This document shows positions 1 to 12,181 of a stretch of DNA of 64,000 nt, piece by piece. Each line of letters opens with the position of its first letter. The first letter of the stretch is position 1. The position numbers were made by a program, and so were the translations under genes. The DNA is from Leucoraja ocellata (lineage: Eukaryota), in assembly GCA_036785375.1 (NCBI GenBank), contig JAWMAR010001507.1, forward strand, positions 186,001 to 250,000, given 5' to 3'. Under the pieces are notes generated by a model. That model was not told the DNA's origin and made no database searches. It saw only the letters and a program-made list of their open reading frames with translations.

Positions 1-424
1 TGAGTTTCTCCAGCTTTTCTGTGTAACCATTGGTTACTTCTAAATCAACTGTTAAAATTTCACATCATATGTGCTTCTAACATCCTCAACACTGGACAAA
101 TGTGGATAGATAACAAATAAAAGTGAATATATTCAAATCATTTTCTGGATAAGCAGAAAGCATGGGGAAGATTAACACAGTGATTCCTTTATTAACACCA
201 TAAACAAAGGCAAACTACAGGAGAATGATCATATATTACTTTTTCTTTCTCATATTTAGACATGTAGATCTCTAGTTCTTAAATAATCATGGTAAAAAGA
301 GCAAAACATCAACATCCACTTAGTGATTTTGTTCCAGGATAGCCAAAGCAGGAAGGTGTAATGCAAATACTCAAAGCTTATGCGCCATCCCAGCATGTTC
401 AGGACCTGAATCCTTTGGGATTTA

Positions 425-642
425 GACACAAAAAGGCTGGAGTAACTCAGCAGGACAGGCAGCATTTCTGGAGAGAAGGAATGGGTGTTGTTTTGGGTCA
501 AGACTCTTCTTCAGACAGGTCTTGCCCCGAAACGTCACCCATTCGTTCTCTCCAGCGGAGCTGCCTGTCCCGCTGAGTTACTCCGGCCTTTTGTATCTAT
601 CTTCGGTTTAAACCGGCATCTGCAGTTCCTTCCTACACATAC
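425..642. mobile_element. Penelope-like (PLE) pLTR-derived foldback element
   Basis: Inverted arms (gacacaaaaaggctggagtaactcagc ... gctgagttactccggccttttgtatct); exact 14-bp flanking duplication TCCTTTGGGATTTA at 411-424 and 643-656. Confidence 0.75.
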
Positions 643-929
643 TCCTTTGGGATTTATTTTGCTTTGTTCAATTTTCATATTAATGTTGGCAAATTGATTC
701 TCTTTTTTTAAAAGTAAAAAAGATGCATTGCCTATTGGTCTCTATAATATAACAAAATCAAAGTGATAGCTGTCGTGGGCTCACACAATATGATTTGTGC
801 ATTGGATCTGCGCTCTCCATAATGAAGCTGGTTCATGACTCGGGATTCACTTAAATATAAATAAAAAATGATGAAAACACTCAGTAGTTCAGATGGAAAG
901 AGAAACATTTAATGTTTTAAGATCCTTTA

Positions 930-1260
930 GGGCCTGTCCCACTAGGCGATTTTTAAGGTGCCTGCCGGCGACTGTCATAGTTGTAGCAGGTAGCTGAAAA
1001 AATGGTGACGGGACTAATGGGCCTGTCCCACTTAGGAGATTTTTTAGGCGACTGCCGGCGACTACGACAATGGAATTCACCAGAAGTCAGCAGCGGCGAC
1101 AACCTACATTATCCTGGCGACAACCTAGCACAACCTACGACAGCACCTACGTCAGGAGGAGACAAACTACGATAAGCCCACGGTCGCCAACTGTCACCGA
1201 AAGGTTTTGAACATTTCAAAATCCAGCGGCGACCAGAAAAACGCTACGACTCCTTGGGCG
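930..1260. mobile_element. Truncated/nested MITE with GGGCCTGTCCCACT terminus (PIF/Harbinger-like)
   Basis: Terminal motif at 930 and again at 1019; 1197-1260 is the reverse complement of the interior of the element at 20832-21052. Confidence 0.6.
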
Positions 1261-2424
1261 TACAATATCCCATACATTTTCTCTTACAAAGTCTGCTAGC
1301 TCCTTGGTTAAAGATATACAGGACTGTTCACATCTGCCTGGCACACACTCTGGAGCAAAACCGTCAGACCATTGATATAATATTGTAATCTTAGTTTGTT
1401 ATATAGCATTTATTTTTGAAAGGTTTATAGTAATACTATACAATATTTTATTGCTATAGTTATTATTATCGAACCGCAATTGTATTATTATTATTGTGTG
1501 GCATTTTGGTTTGTCATTAATTTTGGTCGTCCCACATTAATTTTGTTTCTTACTGGCAATTGTTGTAGTGGGGACTCATTTTGAGTAGCGCCAAAAAGTC
1601 CTCTGGAGCACACGTGGAGACAGATTGTTCCGTTACTTGCTACTGTGATTGTCCATGATTAAAGAAAGGTGCAGAACCCAACTGTAGCCCGATTATTACC
1701 CGCAGCCCAGGGTGACTGGAGTAAATCAAAGGCAGAAATCTTGGATAATAATATAATCATTTTCTTTTCAATGTAATAATGCACAGTAATGGGCTTTTGC
1801 TCCACTTCCACTCGTGGTGTTGACAGTTTTATTTCTCCCTTCACACCCACCAGACCACATTCACAGACAAAAGTCAGCGGCCAAATAGACATTTTCAAAG
1901 TCACGTGCTGCATTCTAAAAGCTACAATTTGCACGGTTGCAAAGTTCTGTCAGCACAAAAGTTAAATCGATACATTAAAACTATTTTGCCAAGTAGGGTT
2001 GTTTACTTGGTGTTCAGATCAATTCAAAAACCAAGAAACCCCAATAATTTCAGGGTCTGACCATTCTGCAGCAGTGGTGAAACTGACTGAAAATCATGAT
2101 TCAGGTATTTGCAAGGTAATAATTAATATGTTTTAAGTTCCAAACGTGGCTTTGTCTCCAGTTATGTTGCCATGTTTATATTTAGCAGTTTTGGATGCAT
2201 AACATATAAATACAGTGTATGGCTTAAAAAAGCAGCTTAGATATAATGTATATGCTGTGTTTAATGAGTATCTATCTCATGGGTCTCTCACACTAACTTG
2301 CAGCAAAACAAGTTTTAATGTATGTATCGAAACTGATAAATGCTAGGAATGCAGGAATCAATTAATGCACAGTGAGGTCCTGCAGATAACAACGCAAGAA
2401 GGCCAGGTGATCTGTGTTTCTCAT

Positions 2425-2665
2425 AAGGTTAAGAGAGGAATAAATATTAGCCAACACACCAGGAGAACAATTTGGTTATGGTTGCGAACCCGTAATCCAT
2501 CTGAGAGAGCAGAGGTTTCAGATTAATATCTCATCAAAAAGGCAGCACAGCCATTAGTGAAGAATGCCCTCGGTTTTGTGATGGGGATGAACTTAATATA
2601 TGCTCACACCTCCGGTGGGGATGTGAACTTACAATCTTCTGACAGGGGTAAGAGTAATATTAACG
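2425..2665 (-). mobile_element. Old DeuSINE (SacSINE1-like) remnant
   Basis: Degenerate match to remembered Deu-domain consensus (ataaatattagccaacacaccaggagaac ... ccatctgagagagcag ... tctcatcaaaaaggcagcac). Confidence 0.6.
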
Positions 2666-2819
2666 GCAGGCAATCAAGAAACTATTATTCCTGTAATTAG
2701 GAAATTCAAAAAGATCCATGTAGAATGGACACTGCTTCAGAAGGTCACCAACCATGGGTTTGTGCTTACACAATGATGTACTACTCCATTGAGTGATGTT
2801 GGCTTCATTGGACACTAGT

Positions 2820-3250
2820 TAATAGGAGCAGGCAGAGGCCACCTGAAACCCTCAAGTCTGCTCTGCCATTCGCAGCAAACCTAAGCTGGCCTCAGCTCTG
2901 TGTTGGTTCCTGTTCTCCACGGCCCTCATTTCCGCAATCTTTGAACCAATTTATCTACTTCCTCGTTAAATACTTTGAATGATCTGGATTCCACGACACT
3001 CTGATGTGGAGCATTCCAAAAATTCTCCACCCTTTGTAAAAATGAAATCTCTATATCTTTAATGCACTATCATAGTTATAATTGTTGAGCCCCCTATCTT
3101 GTCACTATGTCCCCTGGTTCGAGACTCTCCCACAATGAAAACATTTCAATATCACCCTTACGAAGTCCCTTCATGATCTTCTGTGTATCAATAAGATTTC
3201 AAACATGCAAAAGATGCAGATTCAGACTATTTAGCCACTCTCAAACCAGG
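2820..3250 (-). mobile_element. Old CR1-type LINE 3' fragment
   Basis: Degenerate reverse-complement match to the CR1 3' ends elsewhere in the window. Confidence 0.55.
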
Positions 3251-3304
3251 AAAATTGTGTGGTAAATTCAGTTTATCTGCCTCCAATGTTATCAAGTTGT
3301 TTTC

Positions 3305-3490
3305 AAATCTCAAGAGAGAGTTAGATTTAGCTCTTAGGGCTAAAGGAATCAAGGGTTATGGGGAAAAAGCAGGAACGGGGTACTGATTTTAGATGATCAG
3401 CCATGATCATATTGAATGGCAGTGTTGGCTCGAAGGGCTGAATAGCTGACTCCTACACCTATTTTTCTATTTTTCTATGTTTCTATGTTT
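3305..3490 (+). mobile_element. CR1/HER1-type LINE 3' end
   Basis: gatgatcagccatgatcatattgaatggc...ctcgaagggctgaa with (ttctatgt)n tail; near-identical copies at 28950-29080, 35200-35357 and 57695-57938. Confidence 0.8.
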
Positions 3491-4261
3491 TATCAGTCAG
3501 GGAATGAAAACTAGCCATAGAGCTCTAAACTGACCATAAAACTCATCAGCGCTCTGTAGCATTTAACAAAGCCTCCCTATTTTTAAACTCCAATCCCTTT
3601 GCAATGGAAGACGTATTTTCAAAAAAGAAACTATGCTGTGAGTTTTCTGTCTTTAATTTATTTTCATTTAAGTTTCAATTTATCTCAGAGTATAGCCACA
3701 CGATCCAAAATACTACAATCTGAAACCAGATCTGCTGTTCTCAATATGTTTTCATCTTTTAATGTAAGAAATTTCAATAGTATTTCAACAGTTGTCTTGT
3801 ATCAGTGCTGATTGAAAAGATGGTATTCAAAGGACAAAGAACCATTGAAAGAATTTGTAAACTGAATAAATGTATTTTGAGGAAGCTATAATTTGATTTT
3901 ATGCTTTAAATTAGTTCAATTCTGATGTCTAAATAGTCTTTACAGATCCTTGTTCAAAAAGGCCATATTGTACATAATAGAGAGAAGCCTTCAACACTAA
4001 ACCCAGGATAATGAATTAAACAGAGGCTAAAAAAAAAATAGGAGTTAAAAAAGTTTCCAAGGATTTAAGACTAGACCTGATCTTCTGAATGCACGTGGAA
4101 TATTGCAAGTCAATTAGTTCAATTTTATTGCTGCCCTCGGGACACTATTTTGAATCATGATAACTTTGGGTTTTTTTTTTTGCCATAGTTATATAATGAT
4201 TTTGTCTCATCACGATGGCTCCTCATGTGCTACACTTCATTTCATGAACCGCCGCTGCTCA

Positions 4262-4620
4262 TCCCCTGAAGACCAGAGACTGGGAGGATGGAGTCGGCGA
4301 TGATGACAGACGCAACTGGAGAAGAGGGAGGCCAGCGGTGGAGGAGAGAGAACCGGGGTATGGCAGTCAAGGACGGCTGCGGGAAGCTCAGTTTGGGGAA
4401 CAAAGGTGGACGGGCAAGGAGAGGACATCAGTTGAGGCACGCAGCAGTCTCGGGCTTGCCTGAATCTTAACAACTGGAGCGTGGTCTGGACGTGGAAAAT
4501 GGTGCCAAACATGGCTATCTCTGTACAACTGCTACTCGGGGGTAGTATGGTGATACTCCACTGGATTGTTTGTAAGAAAAGCATTTCACTGTGCGTTTGT
4601 ACTTCGCACATGTGACAATA
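4262..4620 (+). mobile_element. Short non-LTR retroelement 3' portion (tail resumes at 5357-5395)
   Basis: Ends in aaaagcatttcactgt...cacatgtgacaata, the 3' motif shared with copies at about 7020-7070, 11990-12066, 18390-18450 and 53370-53430. Confidence 0.55.
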
Positions 4621-5356
4621 CAATACAATACAATACCATTTATTTGTCATTTGAACCTCACATGAGGTTCAAATGAAATTTGGTTTCTGCAGTCGTACAA
4701 GAAAAGAACCAAGACACACACCAATTTACACAAACATCCATCACAGTGAATCTCCTCCTCACTGTGGTGGAAGGCAAAGTCTTGTCTCTCCCCTGCTCTC
4801 CATTCTTCTCCCGATGTCAAAGTCAAAGCCCCCGGCGGGCGCTAGCAAGTCCGCGGCCATTTAAAGCCGCGCTGGGCGATGTAAGGCCCCGCTCCAGGCC
4901 ACTTTCAACCCCGCAATTTGGGCGGGAGAAGTCGCCGTTGCCGGTGCCCCGCAAACCGGTCTCCCACCGGGGACCCACGAGCTCCCGGTGTCACCATCCA
5001 CCGGAGTCGGGTCGCAGCCACGCGCCACCGCAGCTCTCCACGCTCCGAACTCTCCACGCTCCAAAGCTGGCCAGCTCCACGATGGTAGGTCCGCAGCTCC
5101 GCAGGCTCCGTGACTTGAGCCCCCAGGTCGCTCCGGTTGGAGGACGCTCCACGGCGCCAGGCCCCAATGACAATAGAGACCCGACAGGGAAAAGGTCGGG
5201 TCCCCGTGCAGGGAAGAGATTTAAAAGATTCCCCCACCCACCCCCCGCCCCCCACACATACACATTTAAAAACCCACTACAAACTATACCCTCAACGGGA
5301 CAAAAAAAAAAGACAGACAGACTGCAGAGGCCGCTGCGACATCGGTCGTGCCGCCC
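4621..5356 (-). mobile_element. CpG-rich non-autonomous retroelement with (TTGTA)n tail
   Basis: (caata)n followed by tttatttgtca is the reverse complement of a retroelement 3' end; high CpG content; ACAATA duplicated at 4615-4620 and 5357-5362. Confidence 0.6.
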
Positions 5357-6444
5357 ACAATAGCGGGCCATTGAACAACTGAACCATTGAACCATGACTG
5401 AAGAAACAGACAAGTCTGTTCAGACTGCTACTAAGTGAATAGGTCGCCAATAAATGCACAATAATGTTCTTGATTCTTATCAGCAAAATTGAGATGGGGC
5501 ATCAATTGAATTTCCCACATTGGTCTCTTAAATGGAATGCCTCTAACAGACTGTGAATGAAGGATACTACCTTATAGAGAGCTCAGGAGGAAAGCAGACA
5601 AACCAAATCTGCATCCTGCTCCTCAAGTACTTGATGAGATCCAGTGGAGATTTGGAAACCTAACTTTAATACTGTTTTTAGTAGATTAATATATTTAGGG
5701 GATTAAAAAGCACAAAAAAATTGCAAATGCTGGAAATCAAATAAAAAACAGAAAAATGCTGGAAAATACTCAACCAGTCAATCAGCATCTGTGGGAAGAG
5801 GAGAAAAAAAACAAGAAATAGAGTAAACAGGTTGATCCCTAATGACCTAAAATGTTATTTCAGGTCTATTTTCCCTCTCTCTCCACAGATGCTGCCTGGC
5901 TTGCTGAGTATTCCAGCCTTTCTTCTTTGCTTGTTTTGTAGCCTCCTACAATCCCATAGCAAGGAAAATGTTTGCAGTCACAAAATCATAAAGTAAAATG
6001 GAATACAAGAATATATGTATCCATTTTTTTTAAACCTCATTTTGGAGATGGTCACTGAGAAATTTAAATCTTTACAGAATCAAAGCTACAAGAGCAGTCG
6101 TGGACATTCAACAAAGTTATTGCTCTGTTTGCATTGAATCAAGATACAGGTATATGTATTTGTCAGCAGTACGCAAAGCAAAAGAGAAGTGAATGTAAAA
6201 TGTGCATAATTCTACAAATCATCAAATCATAACTATAGAAATATATAAATAAAGCATGGGAACAAAATGTAGACGCATATATTAAAAAAATCATATACTT
6301 GCAGTAAATTTAGATCTAAAATGTGAACATTGAAATCCATTTTATGTTTAAAAAGCTAACTGAAACAAAAATGATCAAAACCAATACAGACAGAACTACC
6401 AGATAGCAAGGAAAATAAATTAGATTTCAGAAGAACAAATTTGA

Positions 6445-6690
6445 ATCTTTAAATTTAAATTCACACAGAGAATGGTGCATATATGCAATGAGCTGCCAGA
6501 GGAAGTGATAGAGGCAGGTACAATTATGACATTTCAAAGACCATCCAGACAGTTGCATGTATAGGACAAGTTTGGTGGAATATGGGCCAGGCACAGGCAA
6601 GTTGTGACTATCTCTGAAAAGCAACTTGGTCAGTATGAATGAGTTGGGCTGAAAGCCCATATCCATGTACTATGAACTCTATGACTCTAT
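6445..6690 (+). mobile_element. CR1-type LINE 3' fragment
   Basis: cacagagaatggtg...atgagctgccagaggaagtgatagaggcaggtac...ctctatgactcta tail. Confidence 0.7.
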
Positions 6691-7971
6691 ATGGATGTCA
6701 ATCAGTCATATGATGTACTGTAAAAACAGATAAAAGTGCTGGAGTAACTCAGTGAGTCAGACAACAAACCTGAAAACACGGATAGGTAATTTTCGGGGAC
6801 AGTTTCTTCCCAGCAATTATCAGGCAACTGAACCATCCTACCAACAACTAGAGAGCAGTCCTGAACTACTATCTACCTCATTGGGGATCCTTAGACTATC
6901 TTTGATCGAATCTTACTGGCGTTATCTTGCACAAGACTTTATTCCCTTTATCGTGTATCTGTAAAATGTGGATGGCTCGTTGTAATCATGTGTTGTCTTT
7001 CCGCTGACTGGTTAGCACGTGACAAAAGCTTTTCACTGTACCTCGGTACACGTGACAATAAACTAAACTCAGGTGACTTTTTGGGTCGAGACCCTTTTTC
7101 AGACTGACTGGTGTTATGTAAAGTTGAACATTTAGATAAGTAATTGGCTTGCAGGATCTATTGGTATTTTTTTCATTCCCACAATTCTTCCAAAGTTATT
7201 TTGGAAAAAGCTCAGACAGTCTATTTGAAATAACAGAACCGTGTCTAGATTAGTTTCCAACAAACTATCCCAAATCCCAAAGATAAACTTTAAAATGGGG
7301 CTAGCAAACAATTTGCTGAGCATCCAGCACATTCAAAAAGATGCACCAATATACACAGAATAAAGGGTTAATGGCAGGAACTAATGCAATCCCTAACATT
7401 TGCTAAATAGGAGCAACTGATTAAAATGGAACATTTGGATGAAACAGTTTGATGCCAGTAATGATTGCTGTGCTGTCCTTGTAACTAAACAAGATGTCTA
7501 CTCTTTGAAAGTATCATTCGGCAGAGCCCACACACAAGAGGAAATAAGATTTATTCAGAATGCTGAACATGGGGCAATTAAAAATATATATTTCCACAAA
7601 AAAATGTGATAATACGAGGTTTGAGAATAAGACTTACTTGTGTGATGGAAAGGGCATGAGTTACAACTGACATTCAGTGAGACATGGAACTGACAAATTA
7701 CCTTTGCAGTAATTCTAACCACTAATTATTGTCATTTATCAAATTTAGAAGTGTTTACTTTGCTGCTTGAGTGATCCACTTCAAGTGACAGATTGACCTG
7801 AATGGCTCAATTCTGATCTGCAAATTCTCTGCAACAGGAAATATCCAAGGTAGCAAACAATCAAATCTTTATTTCTAACGCATCTCGGAAACAAAATGTT
7901 TGAGTACATTGCTCTCCAAAATATATCTTTTATGCAATCAGCCATGCAGAAATATCAACATAGAGGGTTAC

Positions 7972-8115
7972 CTGCTCTTGCAGTTTCTGAAACATGAAGG
8001 GGTGTGGATGGGCAAGCATGTTCTCAGTGAGACGAGACTGTCCCTCCACATTCACCTGCGTTGCTGCCTTACTGCACAGGTAGGTCTTGTATATCTGCTG
8101 TGCCTTGCCATGAAG
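7972..8115 (-). CDS. RGS10: RGS10 coding exon 4 (RGS domain; [48 protein letters not shown])
   Basis: 144 nt, phase 0/0; acceptor aag|CTT, donor CAG|gtaac; [10 protein letters not shown] and HPxMFQKLQ are diagnostic of RGS10. Confidence 0.95.
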
Positions 8116-8965
8116 CTTCATTCAAAAGAAGAGAATTTGAACAAATCATTAATAAATATTACACATGAACTAAATTATAAATCTTATATCAGGTTGGAAC
8201 TAAATTGATTGTTTTAAATTTAAATTATATTGAATTCTAATCATTATAAATATTAGCTGTGTTAGTGCTTGATAAGATTTTTATGACAATTGAAACAGCA
8301 CGCATCCTTTTGTTTTAGTTGTGTATAAGCTTATCAAATATATGTCAGTACATCAAATGCAATAACCCAATCTGAAACCACTGAAATATATAAGCTTCAT
8401 GAGTTTTCCTAGTGTCAGGATAACTCAGCAGGTTAGGCAGCATCTCTGGAGAACATGAATAGGTGACATTTTGCGGGTGGGACCCTTCTTCAGACTGACT
8501 TATGAAAGCAAGTCTGCCATGTGCTTTATGATCAGTCTGATGAAGGATCCCTACATGAAAGGCATTTATCCACGTTCTCCAGTGATGCTGCCTGACCTGT
8601 TGATTTACTCTAGCACTTTGTGTCCTTATAAGATTCACTAGTTCTTGAACCAATGGTACCCAACAATTATTTTAGAATTGCTAGGTGAATTTTGTGTAAG
8701 AAGACTCCCTGAGAAAAAAAATTGTGTGAAGTATGAATATCTAGAAATATGAGTTTTTATCTGCTGAATGTACTTGAAATACTTTTTCTTACATTGGCCA
8801 ATGCTAATGCTTACTCCTTAGTTGATGAGTGACCATTGGGAAAGTGGACACAAAATGCTGAAGTAACTCAGAGGGTGAGGCAGCATCTCTGGAGAGAAGG
8901 AATGGGTGACATTTCGGGTTGAGACCCTTCTTCAGACATGCAAAGAAATGTAAAGGTTGAGAAGT

Positions 8966-9435
8966 TACATTGCAACTTGGTTGGACCACACCTGTGTGTA
9001 ATTGTGGTCACCACACTGCAGGAAGGTTGTGATTGTTCTGGAGAGAGTGCAGAGGAAATTCACCCAGATGCTACTTGGACAATAGGATTTCAGTTGTGGT
9101 GAGAGACTGGATAAAGTGGGCTTGTTTTCTCTGGCATGAAGGAGGCTGAGCAGTGATATAAAATTATGAAAGGCGTGAACAGTACAGATAGTCAAAAACA
9201 TTGGTTTGAGGTTTGAGGAAATAATTGGAAAGGGGATCTGGGGGGGGGGCACTGGGTCTACTGCTGTTAGATGGAATAAAATACAACCACCATGTGCAAG
9301 AGGCATTGCGACAGGCACAAATAGACACATGATAGAAGGACATACACCTAATGCAGACAAATAGGATTAATATAGATGAGCAAAAAGGTCTGCATGGGTG
9401 TGGTGGGCCGAAGGGCCTGTTTCTGTGTTGTGACC
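8966..9435 (+). mobile_element. CR1-type LINE ORF2 C-terminus and 3' UTR, decayed
   Basis: Traces of LVGPH...LERVQRKFTQML motifs. Confidence 0.75.
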
Positions 9436-9715
9436 ATTCACATCACACACAACGGGATGCAAAGGCCTGACACATTGAAGAACATGTGTCCGTTCACCAT
9501 TATCACTATGCTCCATGTGACTGTTCAATGTCTTACCAGAAGTGAATTTGTTAAGCACTTCCCAGTATTCAGCATAACAGCAACTTGGTAGCTACAATCT
9601 ATGAATAGAAATCTGAACTGGATTTGCTGACATCCCATTTTAGTGCATGCTGTGTACCCGAGCAGACTGTCAAATATGCCCATGTCTCACAATGTCCATG
9701 TTGAACATGATGCCA

Positions 9716-9960
9716 CATTCGGGGTAACTTTTTCACATAAAGGATGGTGGGTGTATGGAACAAGCTGCCCGAAGAGGTAGTTGAGGCTGGGGCTATCTCA
9801 TCATTTAAGAAACAGTAAGACAGGTACATGGATAGGACAGGTTTGGAGAGATACAAACCAAGCATAGGCAAGTGGGACTAGTGTAGCTGGGACATTGTTG
9901 GCCGGTGTGGGCAAGTTGTGCCAAAGGGCCTGTTTCCACACTGTATCACTCTATGACTAT
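9716..9960 (+). mobile_element. CR1-type LINE 3' end
   Basis: ggggtaactttttcac...tggaacaagctgcc...ctctatgactat; same subfamily as 24258-24935 (-) and 60980-61245 (+). An older minus-strand CR1 piece follows at 9965-10280. Confidence 0.8.
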
Positions 9961-11849
9961 TAAATTGATCTCCTCTGCCTGCGCGTGATCCATATCCCTC
10001 CATTCACTGCCTGTTTTTGTGCCTATTTAAACGCCTCTTAAATGCCACTATTGTATTTGCCTGGCAGCACTTTCCAGGCACTCGCCACTCTCAGTGTAAA
10101 AAGCTTTCCCCACACATCTCCTTTAAATGCTGCCCCTCTCCCCTTAAAGCTCTGCTCTCTGTTCTTTGATATTTCCACCCTTGGAAAAGGTTCTGACCAT
10201 CCACCCTAACTATACATATCATAATTTTATGTACTTCTCTCAGGTCTCCCCTCAATCTCCGATGCTCCAGAGAAAACAGAACTCATAAGCACCAGGCTAG
10301 GTTTGGCTGGCGATAAGAAGGCCATGTCATCGGACCCGTCATACACAGCTGGAGTATCAAATCCCAATGTGAATACAACACTGGTAATATGATCCAGTCA
10401 CTTCCTCCACATACACACATTTAGCACATCAACTGAGTGCAAACCCCCAATATCGATTATTTTAAAGACATCTACAAGCATCCAAATGCAAAGTTGGAAT
10501 AGCCAAATAAACATTTGGAATTTTAACTTATAACATAATAACTGGTGTTTAATGAGCTTTAATATTAGTAAAATAAAAAGGGACAATGCATTTTTGAGCC
10601 AGTGCAATTCAAATAACTCACAGATGGAAAGTTGTGACATGTATCAAGGTAATGGCCAGAGAATGCCTATAAGCAACTTAACTTGATGCTGAAGATAGAC
10701 ACAAAATGCTGGAGTAACTCAGAGACAGGCATCATCTCTAGAGAGAAGGAATGGGTGATGTTTTGGGTTGAGATCCTTCTTGTCCTGCTGAGTTACTCCA
10801 GCATTTTGTATCTGTCTTTAAGTTGCAGAATTGCAGGTTGATTCAGGAATAGCACACAAGGATGCGGATAGGACTAGTAAAATGCAAATTAATGTCATAA
10901 AGTTTGTTAGTATTATCTCATAACCTGGGCTGCTGGGAGGGAGAGTAAAAGTACATATTGGAATTGTTTCAGAGATAATTTCAAATCCTGATGACTAAAT
11001 CCAGAGATAAATGATATAATAAAACAGATCACCTTCCATTCCCAATCTCAACGTATTATTTGAAACAATAGAATATTAGAACCATCTGTCTGGCCTTATA
11101 AAACAGTTTGATTTTGTAACTACATGTTCATTTTTGTACATATAAAGTGTGAGCTGTCAGTGTGAAGAAGTGGCTTGCTTCAACTTTTGTCAGCATCATC
11201 ATTAAATATTCTCAAATTTGGCAATGTGTAGCCATACACACACTAAGGGCCATTGTTATTCTCCTTCTATAATGGTTCCCAATCCTACCCTAAGCACAAT
11301 ATGGGCAAGAAGGGGAGTGTAAATTTTACTCGCTCTCATCCAAGCATATCTGTGGAGTCAGTGATTGAATCAATAAATATTATATTATATTACAAGTGTT
11401 GGATTCCCAGCAGCGTTATATTTCCAGTGTTGTCAAGCAGCTTTAAGTTACATCCACTGAAATTTAAAAATCAGCAGCCTCCTATCTTTAATCAAGGCAT
11501 GTCACATCTCATACAGATTTTGCTTGATCATAGGAAAGGTTCCTGGGATTAAATGAATATGCATTGCCTTGCAAATCATATTCAAGAGCGATTTTTGATG
11601 GAAATTAGATTTATTGCATTACAATTCCTGTAGCCATGTAATTTAACAGATTTTGTTAATGATCAATTTTATTCTGGAAATACAAATTACAGGCCATGTC
11701 CATATATTTGCCATCACTGGTTCCATTTTTAATTTCATACTTTCCTTCAGTCAAAGGTAATCTTTGTTATAACAGAACTGTACTTCAGAAATTGTGCAAT
11801 TGCAGATCAATAAAACATCAAAAAGATAATCTACTAATTTGGTGACTAT

Positions 11850-11975
11850 TTGCATCTGAAGAAGGGTCTCGGCCCGAAATGTCACCTCGCTCCATACATG
11901 CTGCCTCACCCGCTGGGTTTCTCCAGCATTTTTGTCTACCTTCGATTTTTCCAGCAGGTGCAGTTCTTTCTTAAA
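11850..11975 (+). mobile_element. PLE pLTR fragment with hammerhead-like core
   Basis: CTGAAGA-A-GGGT(CTCG)GCCC-GAAA-TGTC at 11856-11883, followed by the family 3' arm. Confidence 0.7.
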
Positions 11976-12094
11976 CATTTACAAACCTTGGGTGTGCAAG
12001 CAAAGAACGTCACTGTGACTTGTCACATGTGACAATAAAGTATTCAATTCAATTCAATTCAATTCAATACTACAACCAAGGACATAACACCTAC

Positions 12095-12181
12095 CAGGTT
12101 TTCATCTTGAATTTTCTTGAATTCTTCACATTCTAACCAGAACAAAACATTTTCTTCACTAAATTCACGTTTTAGAAAATT
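12095..12181 (-). CDS. RGS10: RGS10 coding exon 3 ([29 protein letters not shown])
   Basis: 87 nt, phase 0/0; ccatag| acceptor, |gtaggt donor; FL..EFSEEN..FWLxCE RGS signature. Confidence 0.96.

Noticed and set aside
1659-1934. 91-aa minus-strand ORF downstream of RGS10 exon 4
   Set aside because: No RGS similarity or other recognisable motif.
4680-5413. 227-aa ORF and overlapping antisense ORFs
   Set aside because: Stop-poor GC-rich repeat; P/R/S/G-biased translations open in several frames; no domain recognised.
1-7971. RGS10 final coding exon (IFNLMKYDSY...)
   Set aside because: Manual scan of the minus strand found no matching segment; it probably lies left of the window.
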